A DNA stretch of 64,000 nucleotides from a virus (Duplodnaviria; Caudoviricetes), in IMG/VR virus record IMGVR_UViG_3300010885_080481; one strand, 5' to 3'. The translations under genes and the position numbers were made by a program. How positions within the stretch are numbered: the first letter of the stretch is position 1; the number at the start of each line of letters is the position of its first letter. The notes under the pieces were generated by a model, which was not told the origin of the DNA, ran no database searches, and worked only from the letters and a program-made list of their open reading frames with translations. This document shows, in pieces, positions 38,584 through 47,152 of this stretch.

Positions 38584-38915
38584 TAAGAACTGATATTTTA
38601 CATGATAGAAAGTGTATTCATGTAAAACTCAAAAAAGACGTTCATTTAAAATTAAGAGAAAAATTATTTGCCTATCAACTTTCTATACAAGCTGTATTTG
38701 ACGAATTTGCTCATCATATCGTAAATGATGAAAAAAAAGCTCTAAAATTTTTAGAAGATCTCGCCATAAAAAGAGCACAAGCAGAGCTTGATAAACCTAC
38801 TAAGTCTAGAATAATAGCAACTAAAGAGCGTGTCGATGAACTAGATCATAACACGCTTTATAATATGATTAATGCAGAAGAAACAAGAGCAAGAACAAGA
38901 AAAAACCCTATTTGA
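38580..38915 (+). CDS. Hypothetical protein (possible ribbon-helix-helix N-terminus)
   Basis: 'KCIHVKLKKDVHLKLREKL...SIQAVF' pattern; TTG start overlapping the previous stop. Confidence 0.45.
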   Translation: MIRTDILHDRKCIHVKLKKDVHLKLREKLFAYQLSIQAVFDEFAHHIVNDEKKALKFLEDLAIKRAQAELDKPTKSRIIATKERVDELDHNTLYNMINAEETRARTRKNPI

Positions 38916-39162
38916 CGTAATTGCAGATAGATTAATAAATTCGTCTAGCATGTTTGTGTCATTGACTAAAGAAACCTTAGCTTTAGCGAAAGAAGTGAAA
39001 AAGTTAAAAGAAACAGTAACATCTCTCATACAAGCTGTTCAAATTCAGCAAACATTTATAGATGAATTAATGGAACTTCATGATAATTCAACTGCTGCTA
39101 CGAAAAGCTTAAATTCAACTTTAATTAGCAAAAAAAATGATAAGAATGAAAAGCCGAATTAA
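38872..39162 (+). CDS. Hypothetical coiled-coil protein
   Basis: Heptad-like 'LAKEVKKLKETVTSLIQAV'. Confidence 0.5.
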   Translation: MQKKQEQEQEKTLFDVIADRLINSSSMFVSLTKETLALAKEVKKLKETVTSLIQAVQIQQTFIDELMELHDNSTAATKSLNSTLISKKNDKNEKPN

Positions 39163-39565
39163 ATCTGAGACTTATGCTTTTTTTCAAAAGTTTTGGTTAA
39201 CTTGCAAAAAAAACTGGGGTTATTTTGTTGCTGCTTTTGGTGTTGCTATTACTTTTCTTTTCTTAAAGAAAGAAAAAACTTCTTTGCTTGATCAAATAAG
39301 CGTAATTAGAGAATCTTATGAAGATCAAATAAAGCAGATTGAATTAGCTCGACGTGAAGAAAGAGAAAAGAATGCTAAGGCGTTAGAGCTTCTTCAAAAA
39401 AGACTCGACGAAGTCCAAAGACAATACGAGAAAGCTAAAATAGAGCTTGATAAAAAGAAAAAAGAAGAAATAAAAGAATTGATGGAAAAATATTCTAATG
39501 ATCCTGATGCTCTAGCTAAAAAGCTTTCTGAGGCAACTGGATTTAAGGTAATTTTACCGGAGTGA
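39137..39565 (+). CDS. N-terminal TM plus coiled-coil protein (i-spanin-like architecture)
   Basis: TM 'WGYFVAAFGVAITFLFL' followed by a long charged coiled coil. Confidence 0.5.
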   Translation: MIRMKSRIKSETYAFFQKFWLTCKKNWGYFVAAFGVAITFLFLKKEKTSLLDQISVIRESYEDQIKQIELARREEREKNAKALELLQKRLDEVQRQYEKAKIELDKKKKEEIKELMEKYSNDPDALAKKLSEATGFKVILPE

Positions 39566-40095
39566 TCATGAAGAAAATTTTAGCGATATTGATTAGCACT
39601 TCTATATTAGTTCAATCTTCTTTATCATATGCAGATGAACTTACGAAACCTAGTATAACTGCGCTGGTAGAAGAAGTAGCCCCAGAAGTTCCAAAAGCTG
39701 AAAAAGACGTAGGAGCCTCTTTGTCACCATTAAAGAAATTTCAGCTTGCTCCTTTCACAGGTGTTTTATTGTCTCCTCTAGCAGTTTCCAGTCTTATCGC
39801 GGAATTGAACGCAAAATCAGAAGAAATTAAAATTGAGGTGAATAAGGCCAAAGCCGAAACCAAAGTTAATTTTGAATATGAAAAAAGCATCTTACAAAAC
39901 AGTTGTACCGCTGACAAAAAAGTTATAGAGGCTAATTTGATTAACCAACAAAAGCAAATAGCTTCATTAGATGCAGCTTTACGTGCTGAAATTGAATCAA
40001 GACCAAATCCCGTAGGATGGGCGATTTTAGGATTAGCTGCAGGTGTCGTCGTTGCAACCGCAACGGCGTCTGTAATAGTTGCAGCAGGTAATTGA
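39562..40095 (+). CDS. Signal peptide, coiled coil and C-terminal TM protein
   Basis: 'MKKILAILISTSILVQSSLSYA' ... 'GWAILGLAAGVVVATATASVIVAAG'. Confidence 0.55.
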   Translation: MIMKKILAILISTSILVQSSLSYADELTKPSITALVEEVAPEVPKAEKDVGASLSPLKKFQLAPFTGVLLSPLAVSSLIAELNAKSEEIKIEVNKAKAETKVNFEYEKSILQNSCTADKKVIEANLINQQKQIASLDAALRAEIESRPNPVGWAILGLAAGVVVATATASVIVAAGN

Positions 40096-40454
40096 GGAAT
40101 ATTATGAAAAGAACGCTATCAGTACCTCCAGTAGATACCTTCGCATCTCGAAAATTAAAACCAGTAGATCCTGATGTTGAAAAAGGAAATGTTGTTCCTT
40201 GGTGGTGGATGCGGAATGATAAAGGTCGCAAATCAGTTAGCGTAACTTTCGCAACTATGTCATTCATCGTGACAACGTTGGTTTATTTAGCAGCAACATT
40301 TGAAAAGATCGGGCCTATATCATTTCGAGCTTTCGACGTCGGCGCCTGTATGGCTTATTTTCTTCCTGCATTAAGTTTGTATTTCGGTCGTCGATTGACG
40401 GACGCAAAGTACGCAAACGATACAAAATCTTCTCAAAACGATCAAATTGGATAA
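40092..40454 (+). CDS. Two-TM membrane protein (holin-like)
   Basis: Two hydrophobic helices with a basic 'FGRR' and a charged tail. Confidence 0.45.
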   Translation: MRNIMKRTLSVPPVDTFASRKLKPVDPDVEKGNVVPWWWMRNDKGRKSVSVTFATMSFIVTTLVYLAATFEKIGPISFRAFDVGACMAYFLPALSLYFGRRLTDAKYANDTKSSQNDQIG

Positions 40455-40480
40455 CAACTTGATAGTTATCAGAGATAATC

Positions 40481-41452
40481 ATGAAGCAAGTTATTATAGC
40501 AGAATCAGCGTTACGAGAAATTTTGCGAGAAGAAATGAGTTCATATCATTCAGATTCTCAACCTTCAGTAACGATGCCGGTCAACGTTAATCCCGTTGTG
40601 GCACCTGATGCTCCTGAAGTAGACTCTACTAATGACAATTTTATTCCAAAGAATAAAACAGAACTTTTGTCGGCTCTACGGATGTTGTGTAATGTTAATG
40701 ATGATGAAGTTCCTGAGGTTTATATAACAATAAAAGATTCGTTGCAAAAGCAAGAGGAAAAAATGGGCAAAAATGACGTCAAAGAATCAATAAGACTCGC
40801 TGTAAGAAAGATGCTATCTGAAATTTCTGCGAGTGAAAAAAAGCAAGCTGCAGCTGATAAATTGTGGAGCGAGCTACCGCAAGTGGATCCTTCTAAGTAT
40901 CCGCCTGTTACCAAAGTACCTGCTGGGGCTTCTGCCCTCGGTGGCGAACCTGCTGAGAAAAAAGCAAAGTTTGAAAAGAACAAAGCACAGCTTCAAAAAA
41001 CTTTTCAAACCATGAAAATGTCTGATATCGAAGAAGAAGAACCAGCAAGTTCAGAGCCTGAAGCAAGAAAAAATGTAATGATGTCTGACGTCGGTGGAGC
41101 ATCGTTCAAGGAGATTGCTAAAGAACTAGGATTTGCAGCAGAATCAGGCGCAAAGCAAGCCGTTGAAAAAGCTCTTGCAAAAGCCAAATTTATTACGACA
41201 ATGGATCTCCTCAATCCAGAAGAATTAGAAATAATAGTGTTACAGACCATGTCTGATTACATAGATTTTCTAAAGAGCTCCGGTGAACTTGACGCAGAAG
41301 AAGTTAAAATGTTGAAAAACAACCCAGGCGTAGTGAAAGAGCTTGATGGGTTTAGAGAATTTCTAGACAAGAACTTACGAAAAGTGAAAAAAACAGCAGA
41401 AGGTTCTTCAGCTGTTGAAGAATCTGTTGTTAAAGTTCGTAGAAAGAAGTGA
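40481..41452 (+). CDS. Protein with shared N-terminal peptide and sigma70-region-4-like HTH
   Basis: 'SALREILREEM'; 'ASFKEIAKELGFAAESGAKQAVEKALAKAK'; ATAGTTA at 40462. Confidence 0.55.
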   Translation: MKQVIIAESALREILREEMSSYHSDSQPSVTMPVNVNPVVAPDAPEVDSTNDNFIPKNKTELLSALRMLCNVNDDEVPEVYITIKDSLQKQEEKMGKNDVKESIRLAVRKMLSEISASEKKQAAADKLWSELPQVDPSKYPPVTKVPAGASALGGEPAEKKAKFEKNKAQLQKTFQTMKMSDIEEEEPASSEPEARKNVMMSDVGGASFKEIAKELGFAAESGAKQAVEKALAKAKFITTMDLLNPEELEIIVLQTMSDYIDFLKSSGELDAEEVKMLKNNPGVVKELDGFREFLDKNLRKVKKTAEGSSAVEESVVKVRRKK

Positions 41453-41455
41453 ATT

Positions 41456-42217
41456 ATGTTCGTACAATCTGCTCCTGTTGTTGCAGCTGTTCAGTTCGAT
41501 CCAAAGATTCTTGAAGTTCATGAAAATTTGGCGACAGCTCGTTCTCTTGCTTTTGAAGCTGCAGCAAAAGGAGCAGCTGTCGTTGTTTTACCTGAACTGT
41601 GTATAAGCGGATATACTTTAAGGGACTATAAAGAAGCCGCTGAATGTTCTCAAACAAAGAGCGGGTATCAGACGGAAGCTTTTCTTACAATCGCAAAAAA
41701 TTGTAATTGTCATATTATTTTTGGGTATGTTGAATTGTTAGAAGGAAAGCTTTATAATTCTGCTGCTGTTGTAGGCCCTTCTGGATTAGTAGCTAATTAC
41801 CAAAAACACAATTTGTGGGCTAATGATTACTTGTGGGCTGAACCTTCAGAGTCTGTAAATCCTGTTGTCACAACTCGCGCAGGTCGATTAGGAGCTTTGA
41901 TTTGTAGAGATTCTCTTAACAATTATAGAGAATCATATAAATTCTACAAGCCGGATTTCCGATTTTATAGGCAAGGTTCAGTAGATACGATAGCATTATT
42001 AACGAACTGGTCAGGTCAAATTACCCACCCAGATAATTCTTGGGTAGAGCTTGCAGAACAGACTAACTCTAACGTTATTGTTTCTAGCAGAGTTGGTAAA
42101 GAGAGAAATTTGAAGTTTAATGGAGGATCTACGATAATAGATAAAAAGTTGAATGTTTGGACTAACGGATCTTCTTTCACCGAAGCCGCTGTCGTTGGAG
42201 GAACGGTTATTCTATGA
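41456..42217 (+). CDS. Carbon-nitrogen hydrolase (nitrilase superfamily)
   Basis: Catalytic triad context 'VLPEL', 'YQKHNL', 'LICRD'. Confidence 0.85.
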   Translation: MFVQSAPVVAAVQFDPKILEVHENLATARSLAFEAAAKGAAVVVLPELCISGYTLRDYKEAAECSQTKSGYQTEAFLTIAKNCNCHIIFGYVELLEGKLYNSAAVVGPSGLVANYQKHNLWANDYLWAEPSESVNPVVTTRAGRLGALICRDSLNNYRESYKFYKPDFRFYRQGSVDTIALLTNWSGQITHPDNSWVELAEQTNSNVIVSSRVGKERNLKFNGGSTIIDKKLNVWTNGSSFTEAAVVGGTVIL

Positions 42218-42588
42218 AATTAACCGATATTCATAAAAACTTTATTAAAACTTCTTCAAGATCTATTGTAGAAAATTTCTTGCCCATAAAGGCAGTCAAA
42301 CCTGCAGAAATACCCGTCTTTGCAATTGAAAGATGGAAGAACGAAAATGGACTTTTGACAAAAAAGTTTATTTTTGAAAACCTTGACGACAGAAATAGGT
42401 TTATAAATTCTATCTTGAATTATGAGATGAGCAGCGGACATCACGCTAATATCACGATTGAAAAAAATAATGTAATTTTACGTTTGATTACTAAAGACGT
42501 AGATAAGGTTACTGAACTTGATAAAGAATATAGTTCTTACGCGGATACAATTCGTAAAGACATAGCGTATAATTCAAAAGATGAATGA
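42214..42588 (+). CDS. Pterin-4a-carbinolamine dehydratase-like protein
   Basis: 'W...LTKKFIF...FIN...GHHANI...V.LRL.TKDVDKVTELD'. Confidence 0.6.
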   Translation: MKLTDIHKNFIKTSSRSIVENFLPIKAVKPAEIPVFAIERWKNENGLLTKKFIFENLDDRNRFINSILNYEMSSGHHANITIEKNNVILRLITKDVDKVTELDKEYSSYADTIRKDIAYNSKDE

Positions 42589-42970
42589 TTCAAAAATAAT
42601 GATGAGCAAAGAATTGCTTCAGCAGTTGCCTGAACTGAGTGAAGAATCTTTAACCCCTGCGTTGAAGTCAATAGCTCTAGTTTATTTTCATGATGAAGTC
42701 AATGATTTTGAGTTGTCAGGTCCAGTGTTTTCTTTTGCCGCAACTGAAGAACCTGAAATAGAATTGAAAGTAGATTTAAAAAAAGCGATAGACGTATTGT
42801 CTAAAAAAGATTTTTTAAATTTTGATAGAGTTAGTTTACTTCATAAAGATGTGATCATAAATCTAGAAGGGTCTTTTTGCGTATTTGCAGCCAGAATATT
42901 TGAGCTTGATTTTGAAAAGCAATCTTGCATTTTAATGTTGTGGCTAAAAAACAATAAAAAGATCATTTAA
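42581..42970 (+). CDS. Hypothetical protein
   Basis: ORF coupled in the operon. Confidence 0.5.
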   Translation: MNDSKIMMSKELLQQLPELSEESLTPALKSIALVYFHDEVNDFELSGPVFSFAATEEPEIELKVDLKKAIDVLSKKDFLNFDRVSLLHKDVIINLEGSFCVFAARIFELDFEKQSCILMLWLKNNKKII

Positions 42971-42997
42971 AAGCCTAATTAACATCAGGAGTTCTAT

Positions 42998-43165
42998 ATG
43001 CAGGACGAAAAAGAAAATTACAATTTTGATAAATTCATGGATGATATTTTGATCAAAGAGTCTAAAAAGAACCCTGAACTTATTGAAGAAACCCCTCAAA
43101 GAAAATACGCGAAAAAATACACAGAACGCTCGGCAAATAGAGTTAAATTTGTGAAGGTGAAGTGA
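42998..43165 (+). CDS. Small protein (55 aa) absent from the ORF track
   Basis: MQDEKENYNFDKFMDDILIKE...; CTAATTA 42975 and AGGAG RBS; its stop overlaps the next ATG. Confidence 0.6.
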   Translation: MQDEKENYNFDKFMDDILIKESKKNPELIEETPQRKYAKKYTERSANRVKFVKVK

Positions 43166-43647
43166 TGTCGAAACCGAATGCGACAATAGCTAATGGAAAG
43201 TCTCTTCGAGAATTTTTAAGCGCAGTGATCGATGATTCTCTACGTAAAAGGATCGTAGAAGGAGAAGATGAAGAGAAGCTGTCTTCAGGTAAGATCGAAG
43301 TAAAAGATGTGATAGAAAAGTTAAACATCATTCGATCTGGTAAATCGCTGAAGGATGAAGAGGTTAAAAAAGGCATGGAAGATTACATGAATGATCTTGA
43401 TGATGCCGAAAAAACTGCCTTGTTTTCATTCTTAAAAGGTATATCAGAAATTATTACTGTAGGTACTCCAGGAGAGGAAGCGACTGAGCCAGCCGAGGGT
43501 CCTGCAAAAGTAACGATGGAAAAGAAACCTGGAAAACAAAAAGTTGGTGTAAAACCTAATGTGATTAAAAAACCTGGCGAAGATAAAGAAAAGAGTGCTA
43601 CTTCCGTAGAAGACACGACTCCTCCTATAAAAGCAACTAAAAAATAG
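43165..43647 (+). CDS. Hypothetical protein with shared N-terminal-type peptide
   Basis: 'KSLREFLSAVI...RIVEG'. Confidence 0.55.
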   Translation: MSKPNATIANGKSLREFLSAVIDDSLRKRIVEGEDEEKLSSGKIEVKDVIEKLNIIRSGKSLKDEEVKKGMEDYMNDLDDAEKTALFSFLKGISEIITVGTPGEEATEPAEGPAKVTMEKKPGKQKVGVKPNVIKKPGEDKEKSATSVEDTTPPIKATKK

Positions 43648-43659
43648 TATTATTTGCTC

Positions 43660-43869
43660 ATGGAAAACGTTAGAAACATCTTGCTTCCAAATGGAAGCAC
43701 ACTCGAAGTTACTATAAAACCTGGATTTCTTGAAAAGGTTGCTGCTCAATTTAATCTGAACGAAACCAAAAACGTGTCAAACGAGCATATACGCATGTAT
43801 ATATTTGGAGCATTCAAAAATGCTGTAGATAAGGTTGAAAATGTCGGATTCGGAAACAATTTTACTTGA
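43660..43869 (+). CDS. Hypothetical protein
   Basis: Short ORF in the operon. Confidence 0.5.
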   Translation: MENVRNILLPNGSTLEVTIKPGFLEKVAAQFNLNETKNVSNEHIRMYIFGAFKNAVDKVENVGFGNNFT

Positions 43870-44110
43870 ATATGTTAAACTAATTTTAGAAAAGAAAATT
43901 AGAGAAGCTGACATTTCTGATGGAAAAAAAGCGAAGTGGGGCTCTAAAAAGCATATCGCGGATCTTCAACGTCGTCTTAAGGATGCAGAGTATTGGCGTG
44001 ACAAGCAGAAAAAAGGATCAGAGAAAAGAGCATACTACAGAGGCATAGTGAATGACATAAAAAGACAGTTGAAAAATGCCCTTAGAGATGCTGAAAATTT
44101 CGAAGGCTGA
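43841..44110 (+). CDS. Hypothetical basic protein with shared N-terminal peptide
   Basis: 'ILLEYVKLILEKKIREA'. Confidence 0.6.
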   Translation: MSDSETILLEYVKLILEKKIREADISDGKKAKWGSKKHIADLQRRLKDAEYWRDKQKKGSEKRAYYRGIVNDIKRQLKNALRDAENFEG

Positions 44111-44120
44111 AAAGAATAAC

Positions 44121-44156
44121 TTCAAGAGATCTAGCTCATAGTTTAGATCTCTTGAA
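44121..44156. terminator. Intergenic 13-bp hairpin (terminator-like)
   Basis: TTCAAGAGATCTA / TAGATCTCTTGAA. Confidence 0.55.
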
Positions 44157-44218
44157 TAGCATTTATATAATGTTTGATTCCTATATTTATTTTTTCAATA
44201 GGATAATTTTATTCATTC

Positions 44219-44638
44219 ATGCTGCCCTTAATATTTTCCTGTGGTGCCGTCGTTTACAAAAAAGGGCCCCACGGCTCACAAATTTTGTTAATAAAACAAT
44301 TCGCTAAAGACGATGCGTGGGGAATTCCCAAGGGACACATGGAAAGTGGCGAGACTTACACGGAAACCGCAATACGAGAAGTCAAAGAAGAAACGGGAAT
44401 TGACATTAAAATAATCACACAATTACCCCACGTGTCAATTATTAGAAAAAAGAGCAAAAAAATTGTGGTGCCTTTTCTGGCGATTCAAACATGTGATAAC
44501 GTACCAAGGAGCGACAGCAGTGAAGCGTCAGAAGTGATAGCAGCTCAATGGTTTAACACAGAAGGCTTACCTGAAATATATCATTATCAGCAACCCATCA
44601 TAGACGCCGCGCTGATCCTACTGGAAATGAGGAAGTGA
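44219..44638 (+). CDS. NUDIX hydrolase
   Basis: Nudix box 'GHMESGETYTETAIREVKEETG'. Confidence 0.9.
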   Translation: MLPLIFSCGAVVYKKGPHGSQILLIKQFAKDDAWGIPKGHMESGETYTETAIREVKEETGIDIKIITQLPHVSIIRKKSKKIVVPFLAIQTCDNVPRSDSSEASEVIAAQWFNTEGLPEIYHYQQPIIDAALILLEMRK

Positions 44639-44881
44639 TTGACAGAAGAAGAAGCAATAGATGAATCTCTAAACTTTGTGGCAAGATATACCTCCAGTGT
44701 ATCCGATTGGATTACTATAAAAAAAGAACTTCTTAAGTCTTTGCCCCCTCAATATAGGAAACGTTTTTCGACAAGAGATCCTGTCACTAAAAAACAATCG
44801 ATGAACGATTTTGAAATATCCTTGTCTAAAAAATGGGAAAGCATAACAGGAAAAAAGTTGATATTTAATGGCCATGAATAA
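44639..44881 (+). CDS. Hypothetical protein
   Basis: TTG start abutting the previous stop. Confidence 0.5.
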   Translation: MTEEEAIDESLNFVARYTSSVSDWITIKKELLKSLPPQYRKRFSTRDPVTKKQSMNDFEISLSKKWESITGKKLIFNGHE

Positions 44882-46022
44882 CTTTGAAAAAGAGTCGAAA
44901 TTATTAAGAGAATATGTTAGAAGAATCATAAAAGAAGATTATGATTCTTCTTTTTACGATTCTTCTTATGGCGGATCAGGGAGCTCGTTTGGTTCAGGCG
45001 TGGGAAAATCCGTTGGTGGATCTAGAACTCTTGCTGGAGCTGCAGTTGATCCCATTTTACGTGTGTTCAAAGTCGCTATAGGCAAATCTAAGGAAATTGG
45101 GGCAAGCCTAAAACAATTAGGTAAAGTAACCGCTGAAGCAATAAAAAGTGTCGCTTCAGGCGGGGAGTATGAAGGTCAATATAAAAAAATTCATGATGAA
45201 TTTAAGAAAGATATCTCAAAGGTACGAAAAGAATATGGCAAACACTACGCTGAAGCGTGGGACGTTTTAGACAAAAGCGGGGTTACGACGCTGGCCTTTT
45301 TATATAATCCAGCTCTTTTCGTTGCTAAAAAAGCCGTGGTAGATCATCCTCGTATGGCCCTCGGCGCCATGATGGCAATGGCTACTGGTGGTTGGGCCGG
45401 TGCGGCGGTCGGAACCAAACTTGGTCTTGGCGCAGCCGCTGTAAAAACGGCCAAGGGTGTCGGTGCTGGCCTGGGCGTTGCAGGAGTAGCCGCAGCCAAA
45501 AAGATTTATGGTAATCGAAACAAAAAAGATGATGATGACCGTGAGGGCGAAATTGATGTAAAAAGGTTGCTTTCTCTAAGATCTGGTGGCGGCGATGAAG
45601 ACAAGAGCTTATCAAATAACGTCAAGCCTGAATTACGTCAACACATGCAGCAGATAAAATCTCTTGTAAATAATCATTTCAATGAAGTAAGAGAAAAATT
45701 GACGAAGTTAAAAGGTATAAAAACACTGAAAGATCTAGGCGTGTCTGATGATAAAATAAGACAGCTGGAAGAATCTCTTAGTAGCTTGCCAGAAGAACAA
45801 AAAAAGAAAAAACTGGACGAGATTTTGGAGTCGTTAAAACAGAAAACTTTCGTGAATGTAATAAGAGCTTTGAAGCAAGAAAGAGATGGCATGCTAAGAA
45901 GTATGCTAAGTGCAGGAATTCCAGAAAACGTCATTAAAGAAGAAGGTTCTATTTACGATCGATACAATAAAGAAATTTCTGAGATTGCAAGAATTTTTGG
46001 CATTGAAGCAGAAAACATCTAA
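44868..46022 (+). CDS. Putative ejected/internal virion protein with glycine-zipper segment
   Basis: 'KLLREYVRRIIKED'; hydrophobic 'LGAMMAMATGGWAGAAVGTKLGLGAAAV...GVGAGLGVAGVAAA'. Confidence 0.55.
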   Translation: MAMNNFEKESKLLREYVRRIIKEDYDSSFYDSSYGGSGSSFGSGVGKSVGGSRTLAGAAVDPILRVFKVAIGKSKEIGASLKQLGKVTAEAIKSVASGGEYEGQYKKIHDEFKKDISKVRKEYGKHYAEAWDVLDKSGVTTLAFLYNPALFVAKKAVVDHPRMALGAMMAMATGGWAGAAVGTKLGLGAAAVKTAKGVGAGLGVAGVAAAKKIYGNRNKKDDDDREGEIDVKRLLSLRSGGGDEDKSLSNNVKPELRQHMQQIKSLVNNHFNEVREKLTKLKGIKTLKDLGVSDDKIRQLEESLSSLPEEQKKKKLDEILESLKQKTFVNVIRALKQERDGMLRSMLSAGIPENVIKEEGSIYDRYNKEISEIARIFGIEAENI

Positions 46023-46055
46023 ACATAATGTTCGTTTTGCAGTATACTTGGAGAC

Positions 46056-46346
46056 ATGCCTAAGCGTAATGCAAAAAATTACAATGTCGAGACGATGCAG
46101 CCTGATGAGATCAATACCTTGAGGGCTTTGGTTAAAGAATTTATTAACAAGATCGAGTCAATTGACAATGAAATCGAGCTGTTGAAGACAGATCGCAAAG
46201 AGGTCATCGAGGAGTACACTGAAAAACTCGATATGAAAACTCTGCAAGCGGCTCTACGCGTTGTGAAAATTCAGCAAGGGGTTGAACATAAAGATACGTA
46301 TGACCTTTTTCTTGAAGCGTTGACAGGCGTCCAACCCAGCCCATGA
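46056..46346 (+). CDS. GapR/DUF2312/T4 DsbA-like dsDNA-binding protein
   Basis: 'LVKEFINKIESIDNEIELLKTDRKEVIEE...LDMKTLQAALRVVK'. Confidence 0.6.
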   Translation: MPKRNAKNYNVETMQPDEINTLRALVKEFINKIESIDNEIELLKTDRKEVIEEYTEKLDMKTLQAALRVVKIQQGVEHKDTYDLFLEALTGVQPSP

Positions 46347-46711
46347 AAGGAAAAAACATGGAAAATAAACACTCTGCTCTTCTAAAACCCAAAAAGACGT
46401 TTACATTAAAACTTTCTCTACCTGAGCTAATACATCTTAGAGATCTTTTTAGCATATCTTTACCCGTCGACTTAAAGACAACAGTCAGTCAATCTCTTGC
46501 GACAGGTCAAGGTAGACAGATCATCGAAACAAAACTCTGGAATAAACTCGTGTCCTTATGCAGAGAAGGAGAGATTCCTTTAAATGAAGAGGCTCCTGAT
46601 TTTATCATTACGGTAACAGCACCTCCTGAGCTAGGAGTTTTTGAAGTTGCGACAGATTACGTTCAGCAAGAAGAGCAAGCTGAAGAAGAAGATGATGCGG
46701 ATGACGAGTAA
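46343..46711 (+). CDS. Hypothetical protein
   Basis: ORF coupled by ATGA overlap; acidic tail. Confidence 0.5.
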   Translation: MKGKNMENKHSALLKPKKTFTLKLSLPELIHLRDLFSISLPVDLKTTVSQSLATGQGRQIIETKLWNKLVSLCREGEIPLNEEAPDFIITVTAPPELGVFEVATDYVQQEEQAEEEDDADDE

Positions 46712-46716
46712 AAGTC

Positions 46717-47136
46717 ATGCAAAAAACAACGTATAAAGTAGGACAAATAATATACGTTTTGACATCTAAAGAGACCAAGATATATCCAGTTCAAGTAGTC
46801 GAAGAAATTATAAAGCGAAGTATAACTGGGGAATCGGTTTCTTACATTGTTAAGGCCGGCAAAGGAAATAAGCTCGTACCTATTTCTGATATTCAGGGAG
46901 AGTTATTCGAAGACGTAGAATCTCTTCGAGAAGTTCTCACTAAAAGAATCATCAACACAATCAATAACATAGTCAATGAATCAATTGAAAAAGCTTCTGA
47001 GTGGTATGAGCAACCAGAAGTTCATTCACCTATCATCGAAAGTCCACCATTTGAACCTGACGACAAACAAGGCAGCATAGTCGTGAAGTTATCGGATGGA
47101 AAAATAGCGAATGTAAAACTGCCCAACATTTCATGA
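46717..47136 (+). CDS. Hypothetical protein
   Basis: 'YKVGQIIYVL' beta-rich N-terminus. Confidence 0.55.
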   Translation: MQKTTYKVGQIIYVLTSKETKIYPVQVVEEIIKRSITGESVSYIVKAGKGNKLVPISDIQGELFEDVESLREVLTKRIINTINNIVNESIEKASEWYEQPEVHSPIIESPPFEPDDKQGSIVVKLSDGKIANVKLPNIS

Positions 47137-47152
47137 TGCATAAAGGTACCAC

